In this document: positions 45,852-58,407 of the stretch, piece after piece
Layout of the letters: every line of letters starts with the position of its first letter
Position numbering within the stretch: position 1 is the first letter of the stretch
DNA from: the human T2T-CHM13v2.0 reference genome, Homo sapiens
Strand: one strand, 5' to 3'
Assembly (NCBI RefSeq): GCF_009914755.1
Contig: NC_060936.1
DNA: 64,000 nucleotides
Translations under genes and position numbers: made by a program
The notes under the pieces: generated by a model
Told to the model about the DNA's origin: nothing
The model's database searches: none
The model's input: the letters and a program-made list of their open reading frames with translations, nothing else

Positions 45852-46028
45852 TGTATATATATATATGTAACACATTTTCTTTATATATATACATATATAA
45901 AGGACATGAATAGATATATATCTATATATATATATACATATATAAAGGACACAGATATATACACATATGTATATATATACACATATACATACACATATAT
46001 ATACACACACACATATATATATATATAT
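45852..46028. repeat. Complex (TA)/(CA)-rich expansion inside the L1PB ORF2 3' end
   Basis: Read directly; lies between TATTCCATGG and CACATTTC. Confidence 0.92.
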
Positions 46029-46029
46029 C

Positions 46030-49000
46030 ACATTTCCACTCGTTGATTGATGGGCATTTGGGCTGGTTCCGTATTTTGGCAATTGCGAATTGTGCTGCTA
46101 TAAACATACTCTTGCAAGTATTTTTTGTATAATGACTTCTTTTCCTCTGGATAGATAACCAGGAGTGGGATTGCTGGATCAAATGGTAAATCTAGTTGTT
46201 TAAGGAATCTCCACATTCTTTTCATGGTGGTTGTACTAGCTTGCATTCACATCAGCAATGTAAAAGTGTTCCCTTTCACTATGTCAACGCAAAAATCTAT
46301 TAATTTTGATTTTTTAATTATGGCTATTCTTGCAGGAATAAGGTAGTATTGCATTGTAGTTTTGATTTGCATTTCCCTGATTATCAGAGAGGTTGAGCAT
46401 TTTTTCAGGTTGTTGGCCATTTGTATATCTTCTTTTGAGAATTTTCTATTCATGTCCTTAGCTGAGTTTTTGATGGGATTGTTTGTTTTGTTCTCACTGA
46501 TTTGTTTGTGTTCCTTGTAGATTCTGTATATTGTCCTTTGTCACATGTATAGGTTGTCAAGATTTTCTCCCATGCTGTGAGTTGTCTGCATACTCTGCTG
46601 ATTATTTTTCTGTCCAGACTTAATTTAGTTTAAGTAAGTCCCAACTATTTATCTTTGTTTTTGTTGCATTTGCTTTTGGGTTCTTGGTCATGAAGTCTTT
46701 GCCTAAACCAATGCCTAGAAAGGTTTTTCTGATCTTATCTTCTAGAATTTGTATGGTTTCAGTTCTTACATTTAAGTCTTTGATCCATCTTAATTTGATT
46801 TTTGTATAAGGTGAGAGATGAGGTTCCAGGTTTATTCTTCTACATGTGGCTTTCCAATTATCCCAGCACCACTTGATGAAGAGGGTGTCCTTTCCCAACT
46901 TTATGTTTTTGTTTGCTTTGTCAAAGATCAGTTGACTGTAAGTATTTGGCTTTATTTTTGGGTTATCTATTTTGTTCCATTGGTCTATGTGCCTATTTTC
47001 ATTCCAGTACCATGATGTTTTAGTGACTATGGCCTTATATAATAATTTGAAGTTGGGTAATGTGATGCTTACAGATTTATTCTTTTCGCTTAGTCTTGCT
47101 TTAGCTATGTGGTCTCTTTTTGGTTCCATATAAATTTTAGGGTTGTTTTTTCTAGTTCTGTGAAGAATGATGGTGGTATTTTGGTGGGAATTGTGTTGAA
47201 TTTGTAGATTGCTTTTGGTAGTATGGTCATTTTCACAAGATTGATTCTACCCATCCATGAGCATGGGATGTGTTTCCATTGGTTTGTGTCATCTATGATT
47301 TCCTTTCAGCAGTGTTTTGTAGTTTTCCTTGTAGAGGTCTTTCACCTCCTTGGTTAGGTATATTCCTAAGTATTTAATTTATTTTTTTTACAGTAATTTA
47401 TTGTAAAAGGGGTTAAGTTCTTGATTTGATTCTCAGCTTGGTTGCTCTTGGTGTATAGCAGAGCTACTGATCTGGGAACATTAATTTGGTATTCTGAAAC
47501 TGCTGAATTCATTTATCAGTTCTAGGAGCTTTTTGAATGAGTATTTAGGGTTTTCTAGGTATATGATTATATCAACAGCAAACAGTGAGTTTGACTTCCT
47601 CTTTACTGATTTGGATGCCCTTTATTTTTTTCTCTTGTCTGATTGCTCTGGCTAGGACTTCCAGTAATATGTTGAAGAGGAGTGGTGAAAGTGGGCATCC
47701 TTGTCTTATTCCAGTTCCCAGAGGAAATGTTTTCAACTTTTCCCTGTTCAGTGTAATGTTGGCTCTGGGTTTGACACAGATGGCTTTTATTACCTTAAGG
47801 TATATCCCTTCTATTCTGGTTTTGCTGAGGGATCTAATCACAAAGGGATGCTGGATTTTGTAAAATGTTTTTTCTACATCTATTGAGATGACCATGTGAT
47901 TTTTTAAAATTCCATTTATGTGATGTATCATATTTACTGACTTGCATATGTTAAAACCATCCCTGCATCCCTGGCATGAAACCCACTTGATCATGGTGGA
48001 TTACCTTTTTGATATGCTGTTGGATTCAATCAGCTGCTACTATTTGTTGAGGATTTCTGCATCTGTGTTCTTCAGGGATATTGGTCTATAGTTTTCTTTT
48101 TTTGTTATGTCCTTTCCTGGTTTAGGATGATACTGGCTTTGTAGGATGATTCAGGGAGGATTCCTGCTTTGTGTATTTTTTTGGAATAATGTCAATAAGA
48201 TTTGTACCAGACATTCTTAGAGTGTCTGATATAAAATTCAGCTGTGAATCCACCTGGTCCTGGACTTTTTTTGTTGGCAATTTTTTTTATTATCATTTGA
48301 ATCTCGCTGCTTGTTATTGGTCTGTTCAGAGTTTCTATATCTTCCTGGTTTAATAAAGGAAGGTTGTATATTTCCAGGAATTTATCCATCGACTCTAGGT
48401 TTTCTAGTTTATGTGCATAAAGGTGTTCATAGCAGCTTTGAACAATCTTTTGTATTTCTGTGGTATCGGTTGTAATATCTCTCATTTCATTTCTAATAGA
48501 GCTTATTTGGATCTTCTCCCTTCTTTTCTTGGTTAATCTCACTAATGGCCTATCAATTTTATTTATCTTTTAAAAATCCAAGCTTTTTGTTTTATTTATC
48601 TTTTGTATTGTTTGTTTGTTTCCATTTGATATAGCTCTGCTCTGATCTTGGTTATTTCTTTTCTTCTGCTAAGTTTGGGTTTGGTTTGTTCTTGTTTCTC
48701 TAGCTCATTGAGGTGTGACATTACATTGTCTATTTGTGATCTTTCAGACTTTTTGATGTAGGCATTTGATTCTATGAACTTTCCTCTTAGCACCACCTTT
48801 GCTGTTTCCCAGGGGTTTTGATAGGTTGTGTCACTATTATTGTTCACTTCAAATAATTTTTTAATTTCCACCTTGATTTCATTGTTGACCCAACGATCAT
48901 TGAGGACCAGGTTATTTAACTTCCATGTATTCACATGGTTTTGAGAGTTCGTTTTGGAGTTGATTTCCAATTTTCTTCCACTGTGATCTGAGAGAGCAGT

Positions 49001-49380
49001 TGATGTAATTTTGATTTTCTTGAATTTATTGAGGCTTCTTTTGTGGCCTGTCATATGATCTGTCTAGAGAATGTTCCATGTGCTGATGAATAGAATGTAT
49101 ATTCTGCAGTTATTGGGTAGAATGTTCTGTAAATATCTGCTAAGTGCATTTGTTCTAAGGTATAGTTTAAGTCCATTGTTTCTTTGTTGACTTCTGTCTT
49201 GATGTCCTGTCTAGTGCTGTCAGTGGAGTATTGAGTGCCCCACTATTATTGTGTTGCTGTCTGGCTGATTTCTTAGGTCTAATAGTAATTGTTTTATAAA
49301 TCTGGGAGCTCCATTGTTAGGTGCATATATGATATATTTAGGATAGTTATATTTTCCTGTTGGACAAGTCCTTTTATCAT
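46030..49380 (-). pseudogene. Disrupted L1PB ORF2
   Basis: Track ORFs 48596-49054, 48192-48542, 47572-47994 (RQGCPLSP), 46620-47129, 46247-46453. Confidence 0.9.
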
Positions 49381-49449
49381 TATATAATGTCCCAGGTTTT
49401 TAACTACTTTTCCTTTAAAGTTTGTTTTGTCTGATGTAAGAATAACTAC

Positions 49450-50640
49450 TCCTGCTCACTTCTGGTGTTGATTTGCATGGAATATCTTTTTCCACCCCTT
49501 TACCTTAAGTTTATGTTTGTCCTTGTGTGTCAGGTGAGTCTCTTGAAGACAGCAAATACTTGGTTGGTGAATTATCATCTGTTTCTCCATTCTCTATCTT
49601 TTAATTGGAGCATTTAGGCCATTTACATTCAACATTAGTATTAAGGTATGAGATACTATTCTATTCATCATGCTATTTGTTGCCTGAATAACTTGGGTGT
49701 TTTTTTTTTCATTGTGTTATTGGTTTATGGGTCCTGCAAGATTTATGCTTTAAGGAGGTTCTATTTTCATGTATTTTGAGGATTTGTTTCAAGATTTAGA
49801 GCTCCTGTTAGCAGTTCTTGTAGTGCTGGCTTGGTAGTGGCAAATTCTCTCAGCATTTGTTTGGCTGAAAAAGGCTGTATCTTTCCTTCATTTATGAAGC
49901 TTAGTTTCACTGGATACAAAATTCTTGGCTGATAATTGAGGAGACTAAAGATAGAGCTCATCCCTTTCTAGCTTGTAAGGTTTCCCCTGAAAAATCTGCT
50001 GTTAATCTGATAGGTTTTCCTTTATAGGTTACCTAATGCTTTTGCCTCAGAGCTCTTAATATTCTGGCCTTCATCTTGACTTTAGATAACCTGACTATGT
50101 GGCTAGGTGATTATCTTTTTGTGATTAATTTCCCTGGTGTTCTTTGTGCTTCCTGTATTTGGATGTCTAAATCTGTAGCAAGACCAGGGCAGTTTTCCTC
50201 AATTATTCCCTCAAACATTTTTCAAACTCTTAGATTTCTCTTCTTCCTTGGGAACACCAATTATTCTTAGGTTTGGTCATTTAACATAATCCCAAAATTC
50301 TTGGAGGCTCTGTTCATTTTGTTGGATTCTTTTTTCTTTTTCATTGTAGGTTTGGGTTAAGTAGAAAGCCCGGTCTTTGAGCTCTGAAGTTTTTCTGTTA
50401 CTTGTTTGATTCTATTGCTGAGACTTTCCAGTGCATTTTGCATTTCTCTAAGTGTGCCCTTGATTTCCAGAAGTTGTGACTGTTTTTTATTTATGCTATG
50501 TTTTTCATTGGAGATTTTTCCATTTATATCCTGTATCTTTTTTTTAAATTTATTTAACTTGGATTTCATCTTTCTCTGGTGCCTCCTTGATTAGCTTAAT
50601 AATCGACCTTCTGAACTCCTTTTCTAGCAATTCAAAGATT
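49450..50640 (-). pseudogene. Disrupted L1PB ORF1
   Basis: YQPRILYPVKLSFINEGKI..MLREFATTKPALQELL (49767-49961) and coiled-coil fragment (50357-50569). Confidence 0.85.
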
Positions 50641-52227
50641 TTTATCTTGGTTTGGATCCCTTGCTGGTGAGCTAATGTGATCTTTTGGGGGTGTTAAAGA
50701 ACCTTGTTTTGTCATATTACCATAATTGTTTTTCTGGTTCCTTCTCATTTAGGGGTGGACTATGTCAAAGGGAAAATCTGGGGCTCAAGTGCTGCTGTTC
50801 AGATTTTGTCCCACAAGGTGCTCCCTTTCGTCACGCTTTCCCTCTTCCCATAGGGATGGGGCTCCCTGAGAGCCAAAGTGCAGTGATTGTTTTTTCCCTT
50901 CTGGGTCTGGCTACCACGTGGAGCTACTGGGCTCTGGGCTGGTACAGGGGTGGTGGGCGGGGTGTCTGCAAAGAATCCTGTGATGTGACCCATCTTCAGG
51001 TCTCTCAGCTGTGGATGCCAGCATCTGCTCCAGTGGAGGTAGCAAGGGAGTGAAGTGGACTCTGTGAGGGTCCTTGGTTGAAGTTTTGTTTATTGTGCTC
51101 ATTTTGTGTCTTATGGCCCCTGGCCAGGAGGTGGCACTTTCAAGAGATCTCCAGCTGTGGTAATCTAGGGAGGACACAATCTTGCCCTAAGGTTGCCTGG
51201 ATAAGTATTGGGGTTTCTAAGGTGGTGGACAGGTCCATAGAGTTTCCAAGAGATTATGTCCTTTGTCTTGGGCTATCAGGGTGCTTAGAGGAAGACCTTG
51301 AGGAGGGGGCAGGGTTAGGCAGGTCTGAGCTCAGACTTTCCTTGGAGGGGCTCGCTGCAGCTGCTGTGGGGGATGGGAGTGTGATTCTCAGGCCAATGAA
51401 GTTATGATCCCAGGGGGACTATGGCTGCCTCTGTTGCTTTGTACAGGTCACCAGGGAAGTGGGGGAAAGCCTGCAGTGACAGGCCTCAACCAGCTCCCAC
51501 ACAGGCTGAAAGGCCAATCTCACTCCCACCATGCCCCCACCACCAGCACTGAGTTTATTTCCAGGCAGCTGGTGAGCAGGGCTCAGAACTTGCCCCAGGT
51601 TACAAGCCTCCCTGCTGAAAGAACAAGCAGGGCTCTCAGGTTTCCTGCTTCCCTCCCTGTCGTGGCTTCTGTGCTGGTGTCTGCACTCCTGGTTCACCCC
51701 CTCCCCCAGATTCTATCCAAGAAACTTCACATTTGGTGGAAATTGTCATGAAGTTCAGCTGAAAGTTTCCTTCTTGCTGTGATCTTTCCCCAATTCTATT
51801 GGCTGCCTTTCCAAGGACCCCTGTGAGACAAAGTCAGAGATGGCTTCCCTGGGGACCGAGAGTGCCCACCAAGCTCTTCCACTGCTTCCTCTATCCATGT
51901 ATTTCACTCAGTACTCTAAATTCATCTCAGCTCCAGGTAAGGTCAAATCCTTCTCCCATGATCTGGACCTCCAGTTTCCCCAGTGAGGATGTGTGTTCAG
52001 GGGCAGATGATCCCCCTTTCACACTTTCACACTTTGGGCACTCATAGTTTTTCAGCTGTCTCCCAGAGCCAGCAACAGCAACCCACTTCCTGTAAAAGGT
52101 CTGTCAATTTTTTAAAAGAAAAAATAGAATACAAAGCTGGATAAGTAGAATGATGCTAAGTTTTTTTCAGTGGAAGTAGTGCCAGTGGTGGGTGTTGTGT
52201 GTTTGTTATATCAGAATATATAACGAT

Positions 52228-52602
52228 TGCTATGGTTTATGTCCCCTCCAATATCAATGTTGAAACTTAATTCCCAATGCAACAGTATTAAAAGGTACAG
52301 CCTTTGGAAAATGATTAGATCATAAAGGCAGAGCCCTCATCAATGGATTAATGTTTTTATAAAACGGCTGGAGGAAACTAGCTAGGTACCCTTTTGCCCT
52401 TTCAACATTCTGCCTTGTGAGTACACAGCAACAAGGTATCATCTTGGAAGCACAGAGACTAGGCCTTTATCGGACATTGAACCTGCTGGCACCTTGACCT
52501 TGGACTTCCAGCCTTTGGAACTGTGAGAAAATCAATTTCTGTTTTTTATAAAAAATGCCAAGTCTCAGGTATTTTGTTATAGTGAAACAGACTATGGACA
52601 GA
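52228..52602 (+). mobile_element. MaLR solo LTR (MSTC-like)
   Basis: TGCTATGGTTTATGTCCCC..GTTGAAACTTAAT..GAAACTAGCTAGG..CCTTGACCTTGGACTTCCAGCC..TCTCAGGTATTTTGTTATAG. Confidence 0.85.
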
Positions 52603-53203
52603 TAGATGAGAGATCTGAAATTCACTAAAATTATGCACATGGTTTCTATGAATAGAAACATTATGTTTAAATTCTTATTTTTTAATTTATTTTTTATATT
52701 TTTAAAATTTTCAGCAATGAACATGTATCACATTTTATAATCAAGCAAAAACAATAAATGTTATTTTTGCAATTCCCTTCTGACACATTTTCATGATATC
52801 TCCCTCTAGTCATCAAGAAACAACTTGTTGCCAAATACCAGGAAATTAACAGCAATTATCACCAGCTGGCTAGATGGAGGTAGTAGTCACTGGACTGTAA
52901 TCCACCCAGCATGAAATAGAAAACCTTGAAGGAATAAAGTGGATGATTAATCAAACTTGAAACATCAACTTCCTGGGATAGCATATATCAAGACAGATTA
53001 CTCACTGAACATTAGACATCATTCCTGAGAATCCCATAATGATTTCAGCAGCATCAGCCCTTTAAAACAGACAGCTGAAGTCCACCTTAGAGATCAGGAG
53101 TTTTATTTATTCAAAATAACTTTTTAAATTCTAAATTCTAGCTGAAAATGAAATGTCTTATTGGCTAGGAAGTGACAATTACACACACACACACACATGC
53201 ACA

Positions 53204-53530
53204 TTTTTTGAGACAGAGTTTCCCTTTGTCACCCAGGCTTGAGTAAAGTGGCACAATCACAGCTCACTGTAGCCTCCACCTCCTGGTTTCAAGTGATCCT
53301 CCCACCTCAGCCTCCTGAAACAATAGGCACATCCCACAACACCTGGGTTGAAACCATAGGCGCTGAAACCATAGGCACATCCCACAACACCTGGCTAATT
53401 TTTTGTATTTTTTGTAAAGACAGGGTTTCGCCATCTTGGCCAGGCTGATCTCAAACCCTGAGTTCAAATGATCCACCTGCCTCAGCCTCCCAAAGTGCTG
53501 GAATCACACGCATGAATAACTGTGCCCAGC
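53204..53530 (-). mobile_element. Alu (J-like) with internal duplication; (CA)n adjoining the tail at 53181-53203
   Basis: GAGACAGAG..GTCACCCAGGCT..CACAGCTCACTGTAGCCTC..CAGCCTCCCAAAGTGCTGG. Confidence 0.88.
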
Positions 53531-53934
53531 AAACAATATTTTTATATGATCTATTTTTTATTTAATCATAATTGGACTCAAGTAAACAAAGGACAGCACT
53601 TGGCTTTACAGTGTTATTGAACATATGATCCTTCTCTAAATGTCCTACAATCCAGGCAGATAAACCGATATGTATGTTAATTGACAATATGAGAGCATCT
53701 ATGTTCATTTTGAGGTTTTAAGATGAGGTTAATTGCACCCCAACTCTTTTCTCAAATTCTGATCAATTAAAACACATATAAGATGTAAGGCAGGCAGAAA
53801 ACCCAAATCAGGAAGAGCAGTTCTATTTGTGAGCAAGTAGGCCTCCCTTATACTGACTCAAAATTAGACAGACTTACCAACCTTGCTAAAGGTAGCCTTA
53901 TATTGCCCCTTTCAGAAGCTGCCACTGAAAAACC

Positions 53935-54093
53935 AGTTGCAGTAGCATCAGCATCACCTGAGAATTTTTTAAAGATGCAAATTTATAGGCCTGCTCTAGA
54001 CCTGCCAAATCAAATCTCTGTGCAAGGGGCCAAGCTATCTGTTTTAAGAATATCTCTAGGGATTTGGAATCACATTGAAGTTTAAAAATCACT
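53935..54093. mobile_element. hAT-Charlie MITE (MER5A-like)
   Basis: GCATCAGCATCACCTG.GAA..ATGCAAATT..TCTGTTTTAA..TGAAGTTT.A.AA.CACT. Confidence 0.75.
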
Positions 54094-55919
54094 ACATTTT
54101 TAGAGGGGGAGAGGGAGAGGAGCTAAGGTATGCATGCATGTTTCTTTTTCCTCAGTTCATTCCATATTTATGAAGAGAAGTGAGTAAGGAGGGATAGGAG
54201 AGAGGGTAGGACGGATACACCATTGAAACTTCCTCTAGATAGAAGGAACTATCAAGAATGGAGCAGAAGCATCTACCTATAATCTTTTTCAGCTATTGGT
54301 TCTCTTAATCCATTGAGTTTAAACATTAAGCCTATGGTTAAATAGAGGCTTACCTGTCCCCTTTGATGTAAACTACAAAAGAATCATGGTAATTCTGCTC
54401 CCTCTTTCATGAGGCCATCCCTACCCCTTACCAGACTTTCCTTGTTTTAGCACCTTCCTGGGACCATTGGTGGACAGTGTAGACTTTGTGTCTTGAAGTT
54501 TTTAAAATGACTTTCAATACCAATTAGTTAAATTTGTTGAGAAAATTTTGAGAATTATGACTGGCCTTTCCAAAATGAAGTTTAGAACTGTTACTGATAA
54601 TTATGAAGTGTACACGGCTACTTACAGAATGCTTTTAATGATGAGGAAAAGGATCTTTATACTTATCTCCAGAATTTTAAAAAACTTAACTCAGAGGATT
54701 TATCTAAAAGTCCCATAGCCTAACATACAAATCAAGTTTCAAGGATCTGATTTCAGCTTGAAGAATTTTAGCTAATGAATTACTTGGCCAAGCAACTACT
54801 CTTCTTTTTTTTCTTTTAATTAAACCAAAGAAATTATCTATGGTACAAAATACTCTTAACAGTCCAATAATTCATGTGATGAGTGAAACTGTAAAACCTG
54901 CAGTTGTTTACATAACTGTATAAAACTGTGCCCTCTCCAAACTGAAGCCACAGAACCATCACAAGTTGTATCTGAGGATTTTCTCCTTATTTACAAGCTA
55001 ATTATCATGGAGGATTGATCATTTCCTCTTCCACTAGGAATTAACTGCAAGGCCTTTCTGTCCCTAAAGCCAACAGTACACTCTCACTTGTTTCCTATTT
55101 CAAATTATGTCCACTCATGTTGTCCAACATAAACTAAGATTCTGAAATAAGAGCAAAAGTCAAATTAGGATAGTCCAATAATAATATGCCAACAGGAGAT
55201 TTCCAAATCTGGAATATATCTTCTCTAATTTTTATATTGCAAGGAAGAAATTAAAATACAAAGATTAAATCCTGTTACAAACAAAAGGCTTCAAAATCCA
55301 AATGAACATCTCAGATTCAACCATCAAGTGCTTTTTTTAAGCCTCAAGAAATAAAATTCTTCCCAAACATCTTATTATGCTGAGTCTTAGAGAGGATTCT
55401 TGTTGATTCTATGGAATTGGGTTTACTCCATAGCCACAGAATGGGGGTCTTCAAAGAAAATGAAAGAGCTTCCCTAGGACCTCAGAACCATATCTCTCAA
55501 AGGAACCACTTAAAAATTTCCAAAGAAATAACAAGGAAATCCTGCAGTGTGGCTGATAGATATCCGACAGGCTCTCCACTAAAAAAACACAAACGCTTCT
55601 GGATAAAACACTTTTTAGTACATTTTTAAATTTATAGGAATGAGGAGAAATCTCCAAGACACCATTCCTCTGTCGAAATAAAACCAACTCATGAGCTGAA
55701 ACCTGAAGAGGGAGTGGTTAATGGTAAGCAATGGTGAAAGGTGGGATTGTCTATATAATTGCCCGACCAGAATAACTTTGGATCTCTGACGAGATGAGGG
55801 AGCTGAAATTGAGATTTCTTCATTAAGTCTGGAATCTGGTTCCAGCAGAACAAAATGCAATTTCCCTTTCTCCTAAGGCGAGTATCTTCAATTCTGATTA
55901 TTAAAGTCAATCAAACATG

Positions 55920-58354
55920 GATTTCAGTTCATGGCGGATGGGAGGCAGGCCTATATTGCAGCTCTGACTGGAACGGACAGAGCAGCGTGCGAAGGCTCGC
56001 ATCCTGAATTTTAGCTCCCGATCCACTGCAAAAACAAACCAGGAATCCCCAGAGGACTCACAGACCCTCTGAAGGAAGTGGACTGCTCCTGCAGGACCCG
56101 GGAGACGCCCCAAATACTGTGATTGCCCCAACTACAGAAGTGGGAAAAGAAGATCCTACTCTCCCAAACATACATCCCCACTGGAGAAACTGAAGGTCTG
56201 TTTGCCGGAGAAGTTTCCGACCTTACCTGGAGCTGAGTCAATTTAGAGAGCGGAGTGAAACACAGGGTAGAGGAAGCAGCAAGAAAGGCCCTGGGAGCTT
56301 GCTGGGTCCCCAAGCCAATCATTCCTGCCTGGTACCACAGGGATCCATCGGTAGTGTGGCCAGAGGAGCAGAGGGTAAAACACTTCAGGGAGAGGGAATT
56401 CTCTAGCTGACCTTTGTAACAATTTGAACCGGGCGAGAAGCCTCCTGGCAAGGACTCAGGGGAGGGCCACGAATCCGAATCCGGTGTGCAGACTCCACAG
56501 GTGGGGGAAGAACAAAGCCCTTTTCTTTCACAGCTGGGAGGTGGGTAGCCAGGCTCGTCCACCACCTGGAAACAGACTTGGGGCTTTTGTGGGGGGCACG
56601 GTGGGAGTGAGACCAGCCCTTCAATTTGCGTGGAAGCTGGGTGAGGCCTGTGACTGCTGGCTTTCCCCCACATCCCTGACATCCTACATGACTCAGCACA
56701 GGCAGCCATAATCCTCCTAGGTACACAACTCCAATGACCTGGGAACCTCACTGTCATCCCCCACAGCACATGCAGCAAGACCCACCCAAGGAGATTCTGA
56801 GCTTGGAAAAGCCTAGTCCTGACTCCACCTGATGGGCCTTCCCTATCCACCCTAGTAGCTGAAGACAAAAGGCATATAATCTTGGGAGTTCTAGGGCCAC
56901 GTCCACAGCCAGTTCCTCTCCATACTACAACAGCTAATGCTATCTGGAAACTGCTACCTCCTGGCAGGAGGCCAAACAGCCCAAAAATAGGACATTAAAC
57001 CACCAAAGCTAAGAACCCTCACAGAGTTCATTACATCCACCCTGCCACCTCCATTATAGACAACACAAACAAATAGAAATACATCCCATGCTCATGGATG
57101 GGTAGAATCAATATTGTGAAAAATGACCATACTGCCAAAAGCAATCTATATGCAATTCCCATCAAAATACCGCCATCATTCTTCACAGAAATAGAAAAAA
57201 CAATTCTAAAATTCATATAAAACCAAAAAAGAGCCTGCATAGCCAAAGCAAGACTAAGCAAAAAGAACAAATCTGGAAGCATCACACTACCTGATTTCAA
57301 ACTATTACTATAAGGCCATATTCACCAAAACAGCATGGTACTGGTATAAAAATAGGCACATAGACCAATGGAACAGAATAGAGAACCCAGAAATGAACCC
57401 AAATACTTACAGCCAAATGATCTTCAATAGAGCAAACAAAAACATAAAGTGGAGAAGGGATACCCTTTTCAACAAATGGTGCTGGGATATTTGGCTAGTC
57501 ACATGCAGGAGAATGAAAGTGGATCGTCTTCTCTCACCTTATATAAAAATCAACTCAAGATGGATTAAGGACTTAAATGTAAGACCTGAAACCATAAAAA
57601 TTCTAGAAGATACAACTGGAAAAAACCCTTGTAGACATTGGCTTAGGCTAAGATTTCATGATCAAGAACCCAAAAGCAAATGCAATAAAAACAACAATAA
57701 ATAGTTGGGACTTAATTAAACTAAAGAGGTTTTGCACAGCAAAAGGAACAGTAAGCAGAGTAAACAGACAACACACAGAGTGGGAGAAAATCTTCATAAT
57801 CTATACATCTGACAAAGGAATAATATCCAGAGTCTACAATGAACTCAAACAGATCAGTAAGAAAAAAAAAAAGCAATGCCATCAAAAAGTGGGCTAAGGA
57901 AATGAATAGACAATTCTCAAAAGAACATACACAAATGGCCAACAATCATGTGAAAAAGTGCTCAACATCGCTAATGATCAGGGAAATGCAAATCAAAAGC
58001 ACAATGTGATACTACCTTACTCCTGCAAGAATGGCCATAATCAAAAAATAAAAATAAAAATAAAAATTAGAAAAAAACAGTAGATGTTGGTGTGGAACAT
58101 TTCTACACTGCTGGTGGGAATGTAAGCTTGTACAGCCACTGTGGAAAACAGTGTGGAGCTTCCTTAAATAACTAAAAGTAGAACTACCTACCATTTGATC
58201 TATCAATTCCACTACTGGGAATCTACCCAGAAGACATGAAGTCATTATACGAAAAAGATACTTGCACACACATGTTTATAGTAGCCCAATTCGCAATTGC
58301 AAAATCGTGGAACCAACACAAATACCCATCAATCAACGAGTAGATAAAGAAACT

Positions 58355-58407
<53 letters not shown>

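Larger units (their letters stand above)
45500..52105 (-). mobile_element. Near-full-length L1PB (about 6.6 kb, lacks the first ~130 nt of the 5'UTR)
   Basis: L1PB 3'UTR, fragmented ORF2 and ORF1 in the track, 5'UTR homologous to 55920-57053; possible 8-bp TSD AATTTTTT at 45492-45499 / 52106-52113. Confidence 0.92.

Noticed and set aside
45500-52105. Retrotransposition-competent L1
   Set aside because: ORF1 and ORF2 are broken by many stops and frameshifts; old subfamily
54876-54975. Box C/D snoRNA (GTGATGA ... CTGA)
   Set aside because: No convincing terminal stem or recognisable rRNA/snRNA guide; the motifs are expected by chance
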